A DNA stretch of 357 nucleotides from Escherichia coli. Lineage in GTDB: Bacteria; Pseudomonadota; Gammaproteobacteria; Enterobacterales; Enterobacteriaceae. The translations under genes were made by a program, and so were the position numbers. Below the pieces are notes generated by a model. It was not told the origin of the DNA and made no database searches. It saw nothing but the letters and a program-made list of their open reading frames with translations. Shown in pieces: positions 1-357 of this stretch; position 1 is the stretch's first letter, and each line of letters opens with the position of its first letter. The stretch lies in assembly GCF_003334255.1 (NCBI RefSeq), contig NZ_QOWU01000254.1; one strand, 5' to 3'.

Positions 1-240
1 GAACCCCAGAAAGCGGGGATCGCGTCATTCTGTCCGTACAACATTGGTCCCGGTAAGTGTTTCCCGTCGACGTTTTATAAACGAATTAATGCAGGCGATC
101 GCAGGGGGGCGTGTGAGGCGATTCGCTGGTGGATTAAGGACGGTGGCAGAGACTGCCGTATTCGCTCAAACAACTGTTACGGTCAGGTATCCCGTCGCGA
201 CCAGGAGAGTGCGCTGGCGTGCTGGGGAATTGACAGATAA
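1..240 (+). CDS. rrrD: Phage/prophage endolysin (T4-type lysozyme, glycoside hydrolase family 24), 5'-truncated by the window edge; only the C-terminal 79 codons plus stop are present
   Basis: Seen in sequence: frame 1 is open from base 1 to TAA at 238..240 and translates to EPQKAGIASFCPYNIGPGKCFPSTFYKRINAGDRRGACEAIRWWIKDGGRDCRIRSNNCYGQVSRRDQESALACWGIDR*. GC is about 55% here versus about 44% downstream. Established knowledge (recalled, not searched): this closely resembles the C-terminus of the RrrD/RrrQ-type lysozymes of lambdoid prophages in E. coli and relatives, and the stretch TFYKRINAGDRRGACEAIRWW aligns with the conserved C-terminal region of T4 lysozyme. The gene symbol is family-level only; the exact paralogue or host phage cannot be determined from this fragment. 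The catalytic Glu/Asp/Thr residues and any signal or SAR segment would lie upstream of the window. The ORF track omitted this frame because it contains no ATG/GTG/TTG in-window. Confidence 0.85.
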   Translation, partial: EPQKAGIASFCPYNIGPGKCFPSTFYKRINAGDRRGACEAIRWWIKDGGRDCRIRSNNCYGQVSRRDQESALACWGIDR

Positions 241-357
241 GCAGAATATTTTGCTGAAAAATGCGGTTTGCTCACACGGGCGGATAACACGAAATCCTGC
301 GAACTGACAAAAACTAAGTGAATAAAAGTAAAAACCCCGTTTGTTGGCTGCAAGCGG

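Noticed and set aside
4-18. Small inverted repeat CCCC-agaaagc-GGGG near the window start
   Set aside because: Only a 4-bp stem, located inside the endolysin coding sequence with no adjacent U-tract; most likely coincidental.
44-307. The 87-aa ORF from the supplied track (frame 2, MVPVSVSRRRFINELMQAIAGGRVRRFAGGLRTVAETAVFAQTTVTVRYPVATRRVRWRAGELTDKQNILLKNAVCSHGRITRNPAN)
   Set aside because: It overlaps the endolysin coding frame for about 200 bp in a different frame. Its start at 44 is TTG, and neither that nor the first in-frame ATG (89..91) has a Shine-Dalgarno-like sequence upstream. The composition is Arg/Val/Ala/Thr-rich, typical of an off-frame reading of GC-rich coding DNA, and it has no recognisable domain. 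Embedded genes do exist in lysis cassettes (Rz1 inside Rz), but not overlapping the endolysin in this way, so I treat it as spurious unless translation data show otherwise.
251-330. Promoter-like hexamers in the AT-rich downstream region (TTGCTG at 251..256, GATAAC at 283..288, TAAAAG at 323..328)
   Set aside because: No pair has a proper 16-18 bp spacing together with a good -10 match; AT-rich intergenic DNA produces such partial matches by chance, and lambdoid late genes are normally driven from a promoter far upstream.
318-357. Possible GTG-initiated ORF in frame 3 running off the window end (VNKSKNPVCWLQA...)
   Set aside because: Only 13 codons are visible, there is no ribosome-binding site upstream, it starts immediately after an in-frame TAA, and it has no recognisable similarity. 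Too little evidence to call a gene.

Overview
The window holds the 3' end of a phage or prophage endolysin gene on the + strand (1..240, frame 1, stop TAA 238..240), followed by 117 bp of AT-richer sequence (241..357) with no convincing gene. The 79 encoded residues (EPQKAGIASFCPYNIGPGKCFPSTFYKRINAGDRRGACEAIRWWIKDGGRDCRIRSNNCYGQVSRRDQESALACWGIDR*) read as the C-terminal lobe of a T4-type (GH24) lysozyme of the kind found in lambdoid prophages of enterobacteria. This assignment comes from my recollection of such proteins, not from a search. The supplied ORF track misses this gene because frame 1 has no start codon inside the window; the one ORF it reports (44..307, frame 2) is an out-of-frame overlap that I consider spurious. 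I see no RNA gene, CRISPR array, mobile element or novel system here. The window looks like the ordinary distal end of a prophage lysis cassette, with three modest points worth checking: no spanin gene starts after the endolysin stop, the endolysin tail is unusually cysteine-rich, and a hairpin sits at the window edge.
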